Assembly (NCBI GenBank): GCA_003349885.1
Contig: QFXC01000007.1
Coordinates: 269,125 to 333,124, forward strand
DNA from: an endosymbiont of Galathealinum brachiosum
GTDB taxonomy: Bacteria; Pseudomonadota; Gammaproteobacteria; SZUA-229
DNA: 64,000 bases
Reading direction: 5' to 3'
Below, in pieces: positions 50,318 to 61,301 of the stretch. Numbering within the stretch: the stretch's first letter is position 1; every line of letters begins with the position of its first letter. The notes beneath the pieces were generated by a model. That model was not told the DNA's origin, did not search any database, and worked only from the letters and a program-made list of their open reading frames with translations. Made by a program: the position numbers and the translations under genes.

Positions 50318-52906
50318 TTATTTTTCATCAAGTAACTTACGTATTCTTTGTAGTAAATCTATAGAGCTAAAGGGCTTGTATAATATATTCTGTTGCAGAT
50401 TTTCATCAACCATAGTCATATTACGATTATCGGCAAAACCACTGGCAAGTTGAATTTTTATTTCAGGGTATTTTTCATTAACAATAGCTGCAAGTTGATA
50501 ACCATCCATTTCAGGCATAATGATATCGGTAATCAATAAATCAATTGTTTCATGTTCTAAAACGTCCAGTGCATTTTTAGCATTTTCAGCAGAGATCACA
50601 TTAAACCCATGTACAGTTAGTGTTTCACTACCTAAATTGAGTAATGCGGGTTCGTCATCTACTAGCAGAATAGTTTCTGTGCCATTAATGTCTTCAACAT
50701 TATTTTCTTCAATCAATTTTTTCTTATCTTTAGTTTCATGATAGCGAGGAAAATAAAGAGCAAAACGAGTTCCCTTATTGCGTTCAGAATAAACTTTAAT
50801 GGTACCTCCACTACGGCGTACAAAACCGTAAACTTGACTCAAACCCAGCCCGGTACCTTGCTCCCCCTTGGTGGAAAAGAAGGGTTCAAAGATTTTTTCT
50901 CTGGTTTCTTTATCCATGCCATGGCCTGTATCTGTTATGTTGAACAGAACATAATCTCCTGCTGTAAGACCTAGCGCCTGTGCATCCATCTGATTTATTG
51001 TTTGGTTACAGGTATGCATGGTTAATTTGCCGTTACCTTCTATAGCATGCATGGCATTAATGCTTATATTAAGGATGGCATCTTCAGTTTCGCTGTCTTC
51101 CAGGTAGATGGGCCAAAGATCTTTCTGTAAATCAAATACCAGTTTAATGCGTACTGTAAGGGTCTTTTCCAGCATATGCTGCTGACTCTTCAGTAGGGAA
51201 TTGAGATCTATATTAACGGCTTCAGAATTTTTTTCATTTTTGCGTGAGAAAGAGAGTAATTTTTTTGTCAAAATAGCGCCACGTTTACCCGCATGGTGTA
51301 TTTCATGAGCATATTTAGCCAGTTTGGGTTGCTTATTCAGTTCACTTTCTAATAACCCAGAATAACCCATAATAACCCCTAGCATGTTGTTATAGTCATG
51401 GGCTATTCCACCAGTCAGCTTACCCATGGCATCCATTTTCTCGGTGCGGCGTAGATTTTCTTCCAGTGTGATCTGTTCAGAGATATCATGAACAAAGGCC
51501 ACAAAACGGGGTGATTCGTTTACTGGTTGAATGTATTGTAGAAAAATGTTTACAGGAATAATCTGTCCATCCTTGTGTTGATGCACAGTATTGAACCTTA
51601 TAGAACGATTAGGCCCTTTTATCAATGGCGAGATAATCTTGCGGAATTCTGTTTCATCATATTTTGGTTTGATATCAACTGGAGTCATTTGCATCAACTC
51701 TTCATGATTGTAACCCACCTGCACCACAGCTCCCTGATTGACGTAGAAAAACTTCAAGGATTCTGGTTCAAACATAAACACACAGTCCATGGTTCTATCC
51801 AGGGTAGTCTTGAATCTGATCAAACCCTTCTCTGCTTCCTGATGCCGAATTTGGGCTCGCGCCAACCACCAGACACCTATCATCAATAACACAAACAAAG
51901 GTGCAGAAACCAAGAGTATTTCCTTGGCAATAGCATTGGCAGCAGCATTCAGATCATGACTTGAGACATGGGTAACTATTTTCCAGTAGTGTTTTTTATT
52001 CTTGTTCTCACCAGATTTCATCTCAAGGGCAATTGCTGTCTCGTCATTTGATTTCCACGCATCATGTAGAAAAGGGTAAACTGTGACAAAAGTGAATAGC
52101 CCGTTACTATTATAAAAGTGCCCCTCATCTGCATTTGTGATTTGTTTCCAGGCTTCTGGAAAATGTTCATGGATTGTATGATCGTTCTCAAGCATAAACC
52201 CCCATTCCAGTTCCTTAAGGTGAGTATGCAACCAATACCCATCGGCATTTAGGAGCATTGTATTATCCTTATTACCAGCCACCGGCTCCTTGAGTGCCTG
52301 TAACAAGTTTAAACCGAGATAATTAAGAAGAATAACACCCCTTTTTTTCTCCGGTCCGTAAAGTACTGGAGTTGCAAATCGTATAATTGGCTTAAACGGT
52401 ACTTCTACTTTTCCATGTTCAATATTCAGATCAAATGGAGAAATGAATATCTCTCCCTGTTTTAGACGTAGGGTATCGGTAAAATAATAGCGTTGACTTT
52501 TGTCTTGCAGCTGATCCTGCGCAACGATATAGGGACTCCCAGAAGCACTATTTACCCTGATAACCTCTCTTCCTGTTTCGTCAAGAAAGCGTATCTGGTC
52601 GTAGTAAGGTTTATTATGCGCAAATACGATGAATTCTTGTGCCAGGTTCTCCCATATATCAGAGTTATGGGGCGTACCAATTACATCATAAGCATTGTGT
52701 TGTGAAAGAATCCTCAAATCAGAAACTGTGGTTTCCAGCTCTTTTTCAAAAAATTGCTTTCCAAGCTTAACCTGCAAGATCTCATTCGCCTCAAGGACGG
52801 ATTTTTTCTTGTTTACTTCTGATAAATAGAAGTAACCGAGGATCAGCACAAAAACAGCTACTGTGAGTATAAATAAAAGTAAGAAACGTCTACCAATATT
52901 TTTCAT
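50318..52906 (-). CDS. Hybrid sensor histidine kinase/response regulator (periplasmic sensor-TM-PAS-HisKA-HATPase-REC)
   Basis: HisKA motif HDYNNMLGVIMGY, HATPase motif GTGLGLSQVYGFV, and a C-terminal receiver domain (LLVDDEPALL ... DLLITDIIMPEMDG). The first ATG is at 52906; the ORF track uses TTG 52912. Confidence 0.85.
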   Translation of the reverse strand: MKNIGRRFLLLFILTVAVFVLILGYFYLSEVNKKKSVLEANEILQVKLGKQFFEKELETTVSDLRILSQHNAYDVIGTPHNSDIWENLAQEFIVFAHNKPYYDQIRFLDETGREVIRVNSASGSPYIVAQDQLQDKSQRYYFTDTLRLKQGEIFISPFDLNIEHGKVEVPFKPIIRFATPVLYGPEKKRGVILLNYLGLNLLQALKEPVAGNKDNTMLLNADGYWLHTHLKELEWGFMLENDHTIHEHFPEAWKQITNADEGHFYNSNGLFTFVTVYPFLHDAWKSNDETAIALEMKSGENKNKKHYWKIVTHVSSHDLNAAANAIAKEILLVSAPLFVLLMIGVWWLARAQIRHQEAEKGLIRFKTTLDRTMDCVFMFEPESLKFFYVNQGAVVQVGYNHEELMQMTPVDIKPKYDETEFRKIISPLIKGPNRSIRFNTVHQHKDGQIIPVNIFLQYIQPVNESPRFVAFVHDISEQITLEENLRRTEKMDAMGKLTGGIAHDYNNMLGVIMGYSGLLESELNKQPKLAKYAHEIHHAGKRGAILTKKLLSFSRKNEKNSEAVNIDLNSLLKSQQHMLEKTLTVRIKLVFDLQKDLWPIYLEDSETEDAILNISINAMHAIEGNGKLTMHTCNQTINQMDAQALGLTAGDYVLFNITDTGHGMDKETREKIFEPFFSTKGEQGTGLGLSQVYGFVRRSGGTIKVYSERNKGTRFALYFPRYHETKDKKKLIEENNVEDINGTETILLVDDEPALLNLGSETLTVHGFNVISAENAKNALDVLEHETIDLLITDIIMPEMDGYQLAAIVNEKYPEIKIQLASGFADNRNMTMVDENLQQNILYKPFSSIDLLQRIRKLLDEK

Positions 52907-53207
52907 TATCAAACTCTATATTTTGAATATTGCTTACCGTTATTTATGGCTGTAGGCTAATGATAGCATTTCATTAACCTACATGTATTTTATAAATTGT
53001 AGTGTAAAACAACTGAATAATTGGCGTTTATCAAAATATTTAGGCAACATTTAAATAATCAGGTAAATGTCTGCTTTTGAGGTTTTTAAAGGATTATTTC
53101 GTTTTTGTTGAAGACTGCTTATGGCTAGTTGGAGAACCTGGCTTGCCGATACAAATTTAGAAATAACAAATAACTGCTTTCACCCTAAAGCAGAAGTTGA
53201 AGGCATT

Positions 53208-53238
53208 AAAAAAGGCGACTAAAAAGCCGCCTCTTTTC
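53208..53238 (-). terminator. Probable terminator of the PEP-CTERM gene
   Basis: On the minus strand this is a ggcggc/gtcgcc stem followed by a T-run. Confidence 0.4.
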
Positions 53239-53257
53239 TAACTAATGTGATTTAGTT

Positions 53258-54004
53258 TTAAGCTTTCTTTCGTCTAGCAAATCCAGCTAAACCAATTAAC
53301 CCAGAACCAAACAACCATGCCGCTGCAGGTACAGGTACTGGAGTAACATCAAACAAGGTGTTAAAAGTCACACTATCACCGGCTGAAAGCCCAAAGTTCA
53401 TGTGAATTGCAATTGTGTTATTTGCATCACCTGTGTACAAAGTAGGTCCTTCAGTCACTTCACCAATTGAAACAAAACAACCAGGACCACCCATACATGA
53501 GCCTTCAAATATAGACAGACTCATTTGTGATGTGCCATCAATTAAACCTTCCCAGGTATTCAGACTTAACATGGCTGTACCATCATTATTTGCATCAACA
53601 TAACTACCAGATAAACTGCCTGTCATATAACCATTTGTAAAACTCGGTGAAATCGGTAGTCCGAATGTAATATCAAATGTTTGCATCATTGAACTTGTAT
53701 TTGTAACAGTGAAATTACCTGAAATAAATGGGTCAGGATCACTCATCAAATTCCATGAATAATCCCAGACAGGGGTTCCATCCATCATCTCACCACTAAA
53801 TGATCCCATGGTAGAAGTAACATCACCTGTCTGTGTAACATTCGACATCATTGGGTTATTCAGATCCTGATCTGACCACGTCATGGTCTCAACACCAGTC
53901 ATGGTATTTGAGATTACAATATCGTTAATAAGAGTAGCTTGAGCTGAACTCATTCCAACGATCAATAACGCGCTTGGTAATATGTACATATTTCTTATGT
54001 TCAT
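53258..54004 (-). CDS. Secreted PEP-CTERM sorting-domain protein
   Basis: N-terminal signal peptide. The C-terminus is VPVPAAAWLFGSGLIGLAGFARRKKA, matching VPxP, a hydrophobic helix and an Arg/Lys tail. Confidence 0.7.
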   Translation of the reverse strand: MNIRNMYILPSALLIVGMSSAQATLINDIVISNTMTGVETMTWSDQDLNNPMMSNVTQTGDVTSTMGSFSGEMMDGTPVWDYSWNLMSDPDPFISGNFTVTNTSSMMQTFDITFGLPISPSFTNGYMTGSLSGSYVDANNDGTAMLSLNTWEGLIDGTSQMSLSIFEGSCMGGPGCFVSIGEVTEGPTLYTGDANNTIAIHMNFGLSAGDSVTFNTLFDVTPVPVPAAAWLFGSGLIGLAGFARRKKA

Positions 54005-54340
54005 TTGTAAAGTATTCCTTACAGAGTATGCTTATATCTATTATTACAAATATAACAAGCAGATTTCATGCCTAAATCAATAACTTACATAATATTAGTA
54101 ACCTAAACGGGGGATAGAGGCACCCTAAACTCTTATTCGTAAAATAAACCGTCATAACAGTCCAATGTTTCGATTTTATGCTCTGGATTTCTTTACATTA
54201 ATATAAACGAATAATTGTGCGTTTCAAAAAACACGCATATTCTAAGCATGTAGCTTGATTGATCTGATGAACATGTAGTAAATAGCTACTGAAGTTCACA
54301 TAGTGAAGTCTGGCTATTACTTGCATAGTTCCGCTTATGG

Positions 54341-54742
54341 CTAACAGCAGGTATCCTGAATATGCTGTTGGCAATTTTTCAGTCGCATACTATGGAACAC
54401 CTGTATATCGCAATTATTTTTTTGGTATAACTCATTGATGTAGTAAGACCCAACATTAACTAAAACAGACTCACTTTTTCCACTTTTTAATATCAGCTCA
54501 AAGTCATTATCGCCAGCCTGCACATTGGAAACTTTAGCAATAGGACATTCAGTATTACAAATTTCATTGCCCTGTAAATCTTTACCACAAAGCAAGTCGG
54601 CACATGATTGCCCTACCGCTTGACGATGAGAAAGCCCTAAAATATTTTCACAGCTTTTATTCCAGAAACGGATATTTCTGTTTTCATCAATACCAAAAAT
54701 AGCATCTGATGTATGCTCAAACAGTTCATGCAACGCACTCAT
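54341..54742 (-). CDS. Standalone Cys-rich PAS-domain protein
   Basis: 133 aa with a PAS-like N-terminus (FEHTSDAIFGIDENRNIRFWNKSCENILG). Confidence 0.5.
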   Translation of the reverse strand: MSALHELFEHTSDAIFGIDENRNIRFWNKSCENILGLSHRQAVGQSCADLLCGKDLQGNEICNTECPIAKVSNVQAGDNDFELILKSGKSESVLVNVGSYYINELYQKNNCDIQVFHSMRLKNCQQHIQDTCC

Positions 54743-55024
54743 TGATATCTCACTTCTTGATTTCTCATTTTCATAATCTTTATGATTTTCAAGTTACCAA
54801 TCAATTATAAAATAATCCAGATTACTGTTCGTCTACTTTCGTTCATTTTTCAAAATCTTAATTATTTCCTTTTATATCAATGCGTTAAAAAATGGACAGA
54901 TGGTGAACAAAAAAAATGAAAGAATACTCTTTAAAATAAAAAAGCCCGCCAAAATCTAGCAGCCTTTCTACTGTCAATATTGATTTAAATTCAAGATCTA
55001 TTTATAACTGAAGTTTATCCTGTG

Positions 55025-55060
55025 GCAATAAAAAACCCTCACCATAAAATGATGAGGGTT
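55025..55060 (-). terminator. Rho-independent terminator of the multiheme cytochrome gene
   Basis: On the minus strand this reads aaccctcatcattttatggtgagggtttttt. Confidence 0.55.
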
Positions 55061-55082
55061 GTTATACCTGCAACTTAAAATT

Positions 55083-57377
55083 TTAGTCTTTAGTTTCTAC
55101 GACAACTTCTGAACTATAAGCTTCATAGATAGCAAGCTTCTTAAGTGTTGATGCTGGCAGAGAAGTATTCAGGAAGCCATCAGCTGCAGTTGGGAACTTG
55201 CCGCTAGCGCCTTTCTTCATATAGTAAACTTTATATTTCACTGTTAATGGGTAAACCGCATCTTCAGTGTCATAACTTACTGTGTACTGCTCATTCTCAT
55301 TAGGCTTCAGACGATTGTCTGTTGCAATATTTGAGTCAAAACCAGGGCGTACTACATGAGTACCATCACCCATACGCTTACCTGTCTCACGACCATAGAT
55401 GCGTGTGAAGTGATCAGCCGTACCTTCGATGTCAGTAATTTTCTTCACTGTAGTTACACCTTTGACTGCCCAGACACCCGGCGCTGTTTCAACTGCCGAA
55501 CTACCAGTAACCGTTGCATCAGGTGATACCCAGTCAACTAACGTGCCATCCATAAACTGGCTATACACTGTCTCATTATTGCTTGAAAGATCAGCTGTAT
55601 AACCCTGAATATTTATCTCACGAGCCTCATCATAATCTACTTCAACTGTTTCATGCCCAGTTAAGATAGTATTACCCGGTAGAACCGCAACCTGGTTAGT
55701 AACATCGTAAAATTTCGACTTACCTTTTGCCTTCTTGAGTGACAGCTTATTACCATTTGCATCTGTCACAATAACTCGTGTTAATACACGACGCATTGGA
55801 TGCGCACCAGGGAACATATGTGCAGTCTTGTTCTGCAAATAAGTTTTAACTTTCAACTTATTATTACCTGCTTCAACGTCCATACCCGATTCAAAACCAG
55901 TTTTGATCTTGGTTAAACCAAAGTCAGCTTTGTTAGCACCCATAAAGGCATGGTTGTTTAAGTAACCTTCAGCAACCGGGCCTACACCACTAGTCGGATC
56001 GAAGTGCTTGGTTACACCATCTTCTGCTGTAAACAAAGAGTTTGTATCATCCCACTTATGCAATACAGTTTTATTTGCCAATGGCTCCATATGACACTTC
56101 TGGCACTTAGGTGATGTATTGGAATCTTCAAAGTTATTACCAACGCCGTCACTCATCGCTGTCCATGTGCTGCACAACTCAAGGAACTGGTCATCAGTTG
56201 GCTGAACACCAGAAATACCATTTGATTCAGGGTTAAGCATCAGGGATGAACGTTGATGACATGATAAGCACAGTGCTTTGCCATAAGCCGCAAACTGATG
56301 TTTGGATTCTGACTTGTCACCATCTGCTGCTTCCACTGCTGCCATGAATTCACCTTTAACTAAAGAGGCACGATCAGCAAGATCATCATCACGACTATTG
56401 TCCAGCCCCGTTACACCATGTGGGCCATAATAAGGACCGCCTGTGTAGTAACCACTAGTACAGTTGCCGTCTTCATCGGTTGTTTCACAACCTGTTTTCA
56501 AGCCCTTCATGGTATAACGACCATCAGCTTTTTTAGCAATATCAAATTCAGCTGCTTCTTTTGGTGTGTGTGAAATGCTCTGATATTTCTCAGGACCAAT
56601 TAATGCAAAGAATGCATTCATATCAGCTGTGCTAGCATCCGGGCTGTAGTGTAACGTATCGCCTGCACTACGAACCAGCGGACCAATAGGCCCCATCTTC
56701 ATTGGATTCTTCAGCGTATACTGACCAAGGTCACCATCAACATCATTCATCATGCGAACCGTTTCTACACTGTGGCAGTATGAACAGTTAATGCCTTCAC
56801 GGTTATGCTTGTTACCTACATGGTAACTAACGGTGTAAACCTTACCGGTTTTAGCCATTGAGGTTACTGTTGCTTCCAGATCTGCATTATAGGCAGGTGC
56901 CAGATTACTCTGTAATGATTTAGCCTCATCAAATGCATTTGCATTTTCATTCTGATCACCTACTTCAGTCAGCGTGATTTTATAATCACCCGAGTAGTAA
57001 GCCGTTGGTGCATGACACTTGATACAAACCTGCCCAGTTTTCTGGATAGTACCTTCTTTATAAACTCCAGTTGGACCAACAGCACCAATTTTGCTTGCCT
57101 GTAAACGTAGAAAATCCTGGTACTTAGACTGGAAAATAGGGTCTTTCCACGACTTGGCATGCATTGACGTTTTCCAGGTGTCATACAGATCGTTATGACA
57201 GTGCTGGCACTTATTATCAGCACTATCAAACAGTGTATGGGTATATCCCGTGCCAGCAATAACTTCCGCTTCACCCGGACCACTTAATTGGGTACGACCT
57301 TCATTTGCAAAACTTAACTGAGGGAATAAAAGGATAATACTCGTGAGAACAAACCCCACACTTTTCATTAACTTCAT
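55083..57377 (-). CDS. Secreted pentaheme c-type cytochrome with a haem-free C-terminal domain
   Basis: Signal peptide. Five CXXCH motifs (CQHCH, CIKCH, CSYCH, CLSCH, CQKCH) lie within the first ~430 aa. The remaining ~330 aa have none. Confidence 0.8.
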   Translation of the reverse strand: MKLMKSVGFVLTSIILLFPQLSFANEGRTQLSGPGEAEVIAGTGYTHTLFDSADNKCQHCHNDLYDTWKTSMHAKSWKDPIFQSKYQDFLRLQASKIGAVGPTGVYKEGTIQKTGQVCIKCHAPTAYYSGDYKITLTEVGDQNENANAFDEAKSLQSNLAPAYNADLEATVTSMAKTGKVYTVSYHVGNKHNREGINCSYCHSVETVRMMNDVDGDLGQYTLKNPMKMGPIGPLVRSAGDTLHYSPDASTADMNAFFALIGPEKYQSISHTPKEAAEFDIAKKADGRYTMKGLKTGCETTDEDGNCTSGYYTGGPYYGPHGVTGLDNSRDDDLADRASLVKGEFMAAVEAADGDKSESKHQFAAYGKALCLSCHQRSSLMLNPESNGISGVQPTDDQFLELCSTWTAMSDGVGNNFEDSNTSPKCQKCHMEPLANKTVLHKWDDTNSLFTAEDGVTKHFDPTSGVGPVAEGYLNNHAFMGANKADFGLTKIKTGFESGMDVEAGNNKLKVKTYLQNKTAHMFPGAHPMRRVLTRVIVTDANGNKLSLKKAKGKSKFYDVTNQVAVLPGNTILTGHETVEVDYDEAREINIQGYTADLSSNNETVYSQFMDGTLVDWVSPDATVTGSSAVETAPGVWAVKGVTTVKKITDIEGTADHFTRIYGRETGKRMGDGTHVVRPGFDSNIATDNRLKPNENEQYTVSYDTEDAVYPLTVKYKVYYMKKGASGKFPTAADGFLNTSLPASTLKKLAIYEAYSSEVVVETKD

Positions 57378-57547
57378 GACAACTCCTAATATCTTTTATC
57401 AATTTTTATTTTCTGGTAACCAAAAAAGTTACCGGATTATTAAAATGCAAACACCCATGATGCTGAAATAATCAGCCGTAGGAATTGAAGATCATGACTC
57501 GCAAGCCATGCAAAGAAATGACCTTTCACATTTATTGGTGAAAAATA

Positions 57548-57561
57548 ATTGATCCACATCA
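57548..57561. promoter_or_regulatory. Consensus FNR box TTGAT-N4-ATCAA upstream of the cytochrome gene
   Basis: ttgatccacatcaa, with perfect consensus half-sites, about 170 bp upstream of the cytochrome start. Confidence 0.45.
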
Positions 57562-58172
57562 ATTAGGCCAGAATACTGTTCGTTCATTTTCGTACACTTT
57601 TTTGAATAAATAATATATTTCGATATAAATCAGATAGTTAGGAGTTAATATTTATAATGATTTTATAAATAACTTGCCTGGTATCAAAACTAGCAGGGGA
57701 AAATAGCAACATAAATAACGCTTAACATCACTAAACGCTTCAGGTTATATACAGGTGTAAAATCAACGACTAGTTATAATTTCGCTTTTGGCTATGAGCA
57801 GAACTACACATAAGATTCTCTGGATAGCAGCCAACACCCTAAAGCCGAATTTGAATAGATTTTTACTCAGTTCAGAAAACGGCAAAAAGCAGACATGTAT
57901 ATAACTAAAACTAACTGCTACTTTCGCCCGTTGCCCCTGTAACAAACCTTATATACGATATTTACCAAGTCTCCTTCAGCTGAGCCAGCTGTCATTGAAG
58001 ATTTATTACATTTTTTAGATATTAAAATAATAAATCACCTAAACGAAGGTTTCACATTAAATTAATTCCTATTAGTATCCTAATCAAGTGGAGAAACATG
58101 GAGAATCAAGTCGACAGACTCGTCTATTATGTTTTTGTGGTTACACGAAGTAATCAAAATCAGGGGATACAA

Positions 58173-58442
58173 ATGAAAATACTAGCTAGCCTGTTTGGAA
58201 AAAGAAAATCAGAAGTTAATAAAGATTCTACTCGTAATGTGAATGAACTACTTCATTCATTAGATCAATATATTGATGTATATGAAGAAAACAACGGCCT
58301 GAAACCTGAAAGAATACTGGTCAAAAACTATATACATAAGTTGTTCGCACAAGAGGGGGTTTATAGCTCAAAACGCTTCGGTGATATGTTAGTCATACCT
58401 GCAAAAACGATAAAGGGTGAACTTGATTGGATGGCCATTTGA
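58173..58442 (+). CDS. Hypothetical protein
   Basis: ATG 58173 is preceded by CAGGGGA. 90 aa with no motif recognised. Confidence 0.3.
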   Translation: MKILASLFGKRKSEVNKDSTRNVNELLHSLDQYIDVYEENNGLKPERILVKNYIHKLFAQEGVYSSKRFGDMLVIPAKTIKGELDWMAI

Positions 58443-58710
58443 TACTGCCTACATTCATGCCACAAACTTAATGACATAGATAAAGAAGACTATTAGATTC
58501 TCTTTTTATTACAGATATCATCAATAAATAATCTTCATTTGTTTCTTTGTGCACCCAATAGCCATACTAATCCTGAATGGCATCCTTCATGGCCCTCCAA
58601 TTTTACGCCCACTCCTCACTATCCTTATAAATTATATAAGGACCGCTTTATCACGTATGGAGAATTCAAAAGAATATTAGGGTATTCCGCTTCTGACTAC
58701 ACCCAGATCT

Positions 58711-60060
58711 TCATATTAAGTCCGGCAATACGCCCTCACCCTTAACTGAAAAGTTATCCGCTATCCAATAACCTACTACCGCTACCAGTTCACCCTCTAC
58801 AAACAGCAATGGAATTCTGTCTCGCTGCCAGGTTGGTACTGACGACTCCTGAAATAAAGACTTGAGGTCATGCGAGCCATTTCTACCAGCAGGTTTAATT
58901 TTTTCACCGCCCTGCCTGAATCGAACCGTTACGTCTTGAGTTAATAAGGATTCATTAAGAACAAATTTAATATCATCACTGGTTTCACATTTTTCCAGTT
59001 TTAGTTTTTTATCAAGAGTCAGTAATTCAAGTTCATTTTTTACATTCCAGTTATAAACCTGTGATGCATCATGTGATATTTTTTTTAAACAGAATAACTT
59101 GTCTCTGAAACGCCTCACTTCTACATTTGCCCAGTTAATTAATACATGTGAATCATGAGAGGTATTATTTATTTGCTGCACAATCTGCTCTAACACGGCT
59201 CTTGAGGGAATCGGCTTTTGAAGATTTTTAAACCAGAAACGTAAAACATTTCTAAGGCGGGCATTTTCAATTTTATTTAACTGATTAATATCTAAACACG
59301 TATCTTCTAATAACGATGAGCTCAGGTCTTTTTCTGCCAACACCTCTAGTAATTCTGCATTTTCAGCCTGTTGTTGAGAAAACACTGACAGGGTTTTATT
59401 CAATGCGGGCCAGCGTTGCTGAAGTTGTGGCATAACTGAATGACGCAAATAATTACGATCATAATTCACCTGCTGATTACTTGGATCTTCAACCCAGCTT
59501 AAGGCATTTTGATTCGCATAATCTAAAATCACATTTTGTGAAATATCTAACAGGGGGCGTGCATGCCAGCCATTACTGAACGTCGCTATTTCAGGCATGC
59601 CAGCTAAACCCGCTGCACCTGCGCCACGTAATAACTGCAAAAAAATGGTTTCGCTTTGATCATCCTGATGTTGTGCCGTTAGTAAACAATCGCTCTTTTG
59701 AATGAGTTCTTTAAATGCCGCATATCGGGCGGTGCGTGCAGCCGCTTCCGGACTCTCACCTTTTGCTGCAGCCGCATTTACTTTAATAAGCTGAAATGGA
59801 ATATTAAGATTTTTACATTGAGCTTCACAATGTCTGGCCCAGTCAGATGACTGTGCCTGTAAACCATGATCGATGTAAACCGCTGAGACATTCAGCTTTG
59901 TAAGGTGTAACAAATGTAATAAAACCTGAGAATCTACACCACCACTGTAGGCCAGACACCAGGTTTTAATATTTTTTTCTTTTGCTAGTTTGCCGAGTTG
60001 CTGAAGTAGATAATCAGCATTCAGTTGATGGTCTGATTTATTATTCGGTAAACTGGCCAT
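58711..60060 (-). CDS. tilS: tRNA(Ile)-lysidine synthetase
   Basis: PP-loop motif SGGVDS near the N-terminus. Length is 449 aa. It overlaps the accA 3' end by 20 nt. Confidence 0.85.
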   Translation of the reverse strand: MASLPNNKSDHQLNADYLLQQLGKLAKEKNIKTWCLAYSGGVDSQVLLHLLHLTKLNVSAVYIDHGLQAQSSDWARHCEAQCKNLNIPFQLIKVNAAAAKGESPEAAARTARYAAFKELIQKSDCLLTAQHQDDQSETIFLQLLRGAGAAGLAGMPEIATFSNGWHARPLLDISQNVILDYANQNALSWVEDPSNQQVNYDRNYLRHSVMPQLQQRWPALNKTLSVFSQQQAENAELLEVLAEKDLSSSLLEDTCLDINQLNKIENARLRNVLRFWFKNLQKPIPSRAVLEQIVQQINNTSHDSHVLINWANVEVRRFRDKLFCLKKISHDASQVYNWNVKNELELLTLDKKLKLEKCETSDDIKFVLNESLLTQDVTVRFRQGGEKIKPAGRNGSHDLKSLFQESSVPTWQRDRIPLLFVEGELVAVVGYWIADNFSVKGEGVLPDLI

Positions 60061-60997
60061 AACTCATCAGACGCTGATATCGAGCATCAAGCAACTTATC
60101 TGTTCCCATCTGATTAAGGTTATCCAGGCTATCTTTAAGCGCCTGACGAATATTTCGCGCGGTTATGTCCACATCACGGTAAGCACTACCAAGCGGCTCA
60201 TCTATAATTTGATCAATCAGCCCCAGCTCAAGTAAACGATCAGATGTGATACCCAGCGCCTCTGCTGCATCCTGTGCTCGCTCTGCACTTTTCCAGAGAA
60301 TAGAAGCACAACCTTCTGGTGAAATAACGGAGTATGTGCTGTATTTCAGCATCATCACTTTATCACCAACACCTATAGCCAGTGCACCACCAGAACCACC
60401 TTCACCAATAACCGTGCAAATAACGGGCACTTTAAGTGCTGCCATTTCAAACAGGTTACGCGCTATTGCTTCAGACTGACCGCGCTCTTCAGCACCTATA
60501 CCCGGATAAGCACCCGGCGTATCAATAAAAGTAATAACCGGCATTTTAAAACGCTCTGCAAGTTTCATCAGGCGTAATGCCTTACGATAACCTTCGGGTC
60601 GTGGCATACCAAAGTTACGACGTATTTTTTCTTTTGTATCACGACCTTTTTGCTGACCGATAACCATCACAGGTTTACCATCAAGTCTACCAATACCGCC
60701 TACCAATGCTTTATCATCAGCGTATGCACGATCACCGTGCAGCTCTTCAAAGTCTGTAAATATACGGTCAATGTAATCAAGTGTGTGGGGGCGTTGAGGG
60801 TGTCGGGCCAGCTGAGATGTCTGCCAGGAGGTCAATTTATTGAAAATTGACTCTGTTAGCGTTTTACACTTTGATTGCAGGCGAGTAATTTCCTCACCTA
60901 TATTAATTTCAGTATCATCACCAACATAACGAAGCTCTTCAATTTTAGCTTCCAGTTCAGCGATCGGTTGTTCAAATTCCAGAAAGTTTGGATTCAT
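60041..60997 (-). CDS. accA: Acetyl-CoA carboxylase carboxyltransferase subunit alpha
   Basis: [22 protein letters not shown] ... and full-length similarity to AccA. 318 aa. Confidence 0.95.
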   Translation of the reverse strand: MNPNFLEFEQPIAELEAKIEELRYVGDDTEINIGEEITRLQSKCKTLTESIFNKLTSWQTSQLARHPQRPHTLDYIDRIFTDFEELHGDRAYADDKALVGGIGRLDGKPVMVIGQQKGRDTKEKIRRNFGMPRPEGYRKALRLMKLAERFKMPVITFIDTPGAYPGIGAEERGQSEAIARNLFEMAALKVPVICTVIGEGGSGGALAIGVGDKVMMLKYSTYSVISPEGCASILWKSAERAQDAAEALGITSDRLLELGLIDQIIDEPLGSAYRDVDITARNIRQALKDSLDNLNQMGTDKLLDARYQRLMSYGQFTE

Positions 60998-61301
60998 TCT
61001 TAAATCTTATAAATAGTTGCTCAAGTACAGAGCATGACAATGGAAATACCTAGTGCGTAATGATAACCCGCAATCCCCCTGTAACCAAGTGAGATTCAGA
61101 CATTTTGTATCATTTTTACTGAAAATGGCGACAAAATCACAGCGAAATTCATACAAGTCACTGATTATTAATTAATCAATGATATAATTATATTCTATAG
61201 GAAGTACAATGTGCTAATAGATGCTGAAACTTGGAAGCATTTTAAAAATGTTGTGCTAGTCTTTTATTAAAGACACATATATACAGGAAGCCACACCAGC
61301 C

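Noticed and set aside
57763-57945. 60-aa minus-strand ORF in the 720-bp intergenic region upstream of the cytochrome gene
   Set aside because: It has no RBS and lies in a regulatory region containing the FNR box and hairpins. It is more likely untranslated.
58539-58745. 68-aa ORF upstream of or overlapping the tilS 3' end
   Set aside because: It has no RBS, it overlaps the convergent tilS stop region, and it has unusual His/Pro/Trp-rich composition.
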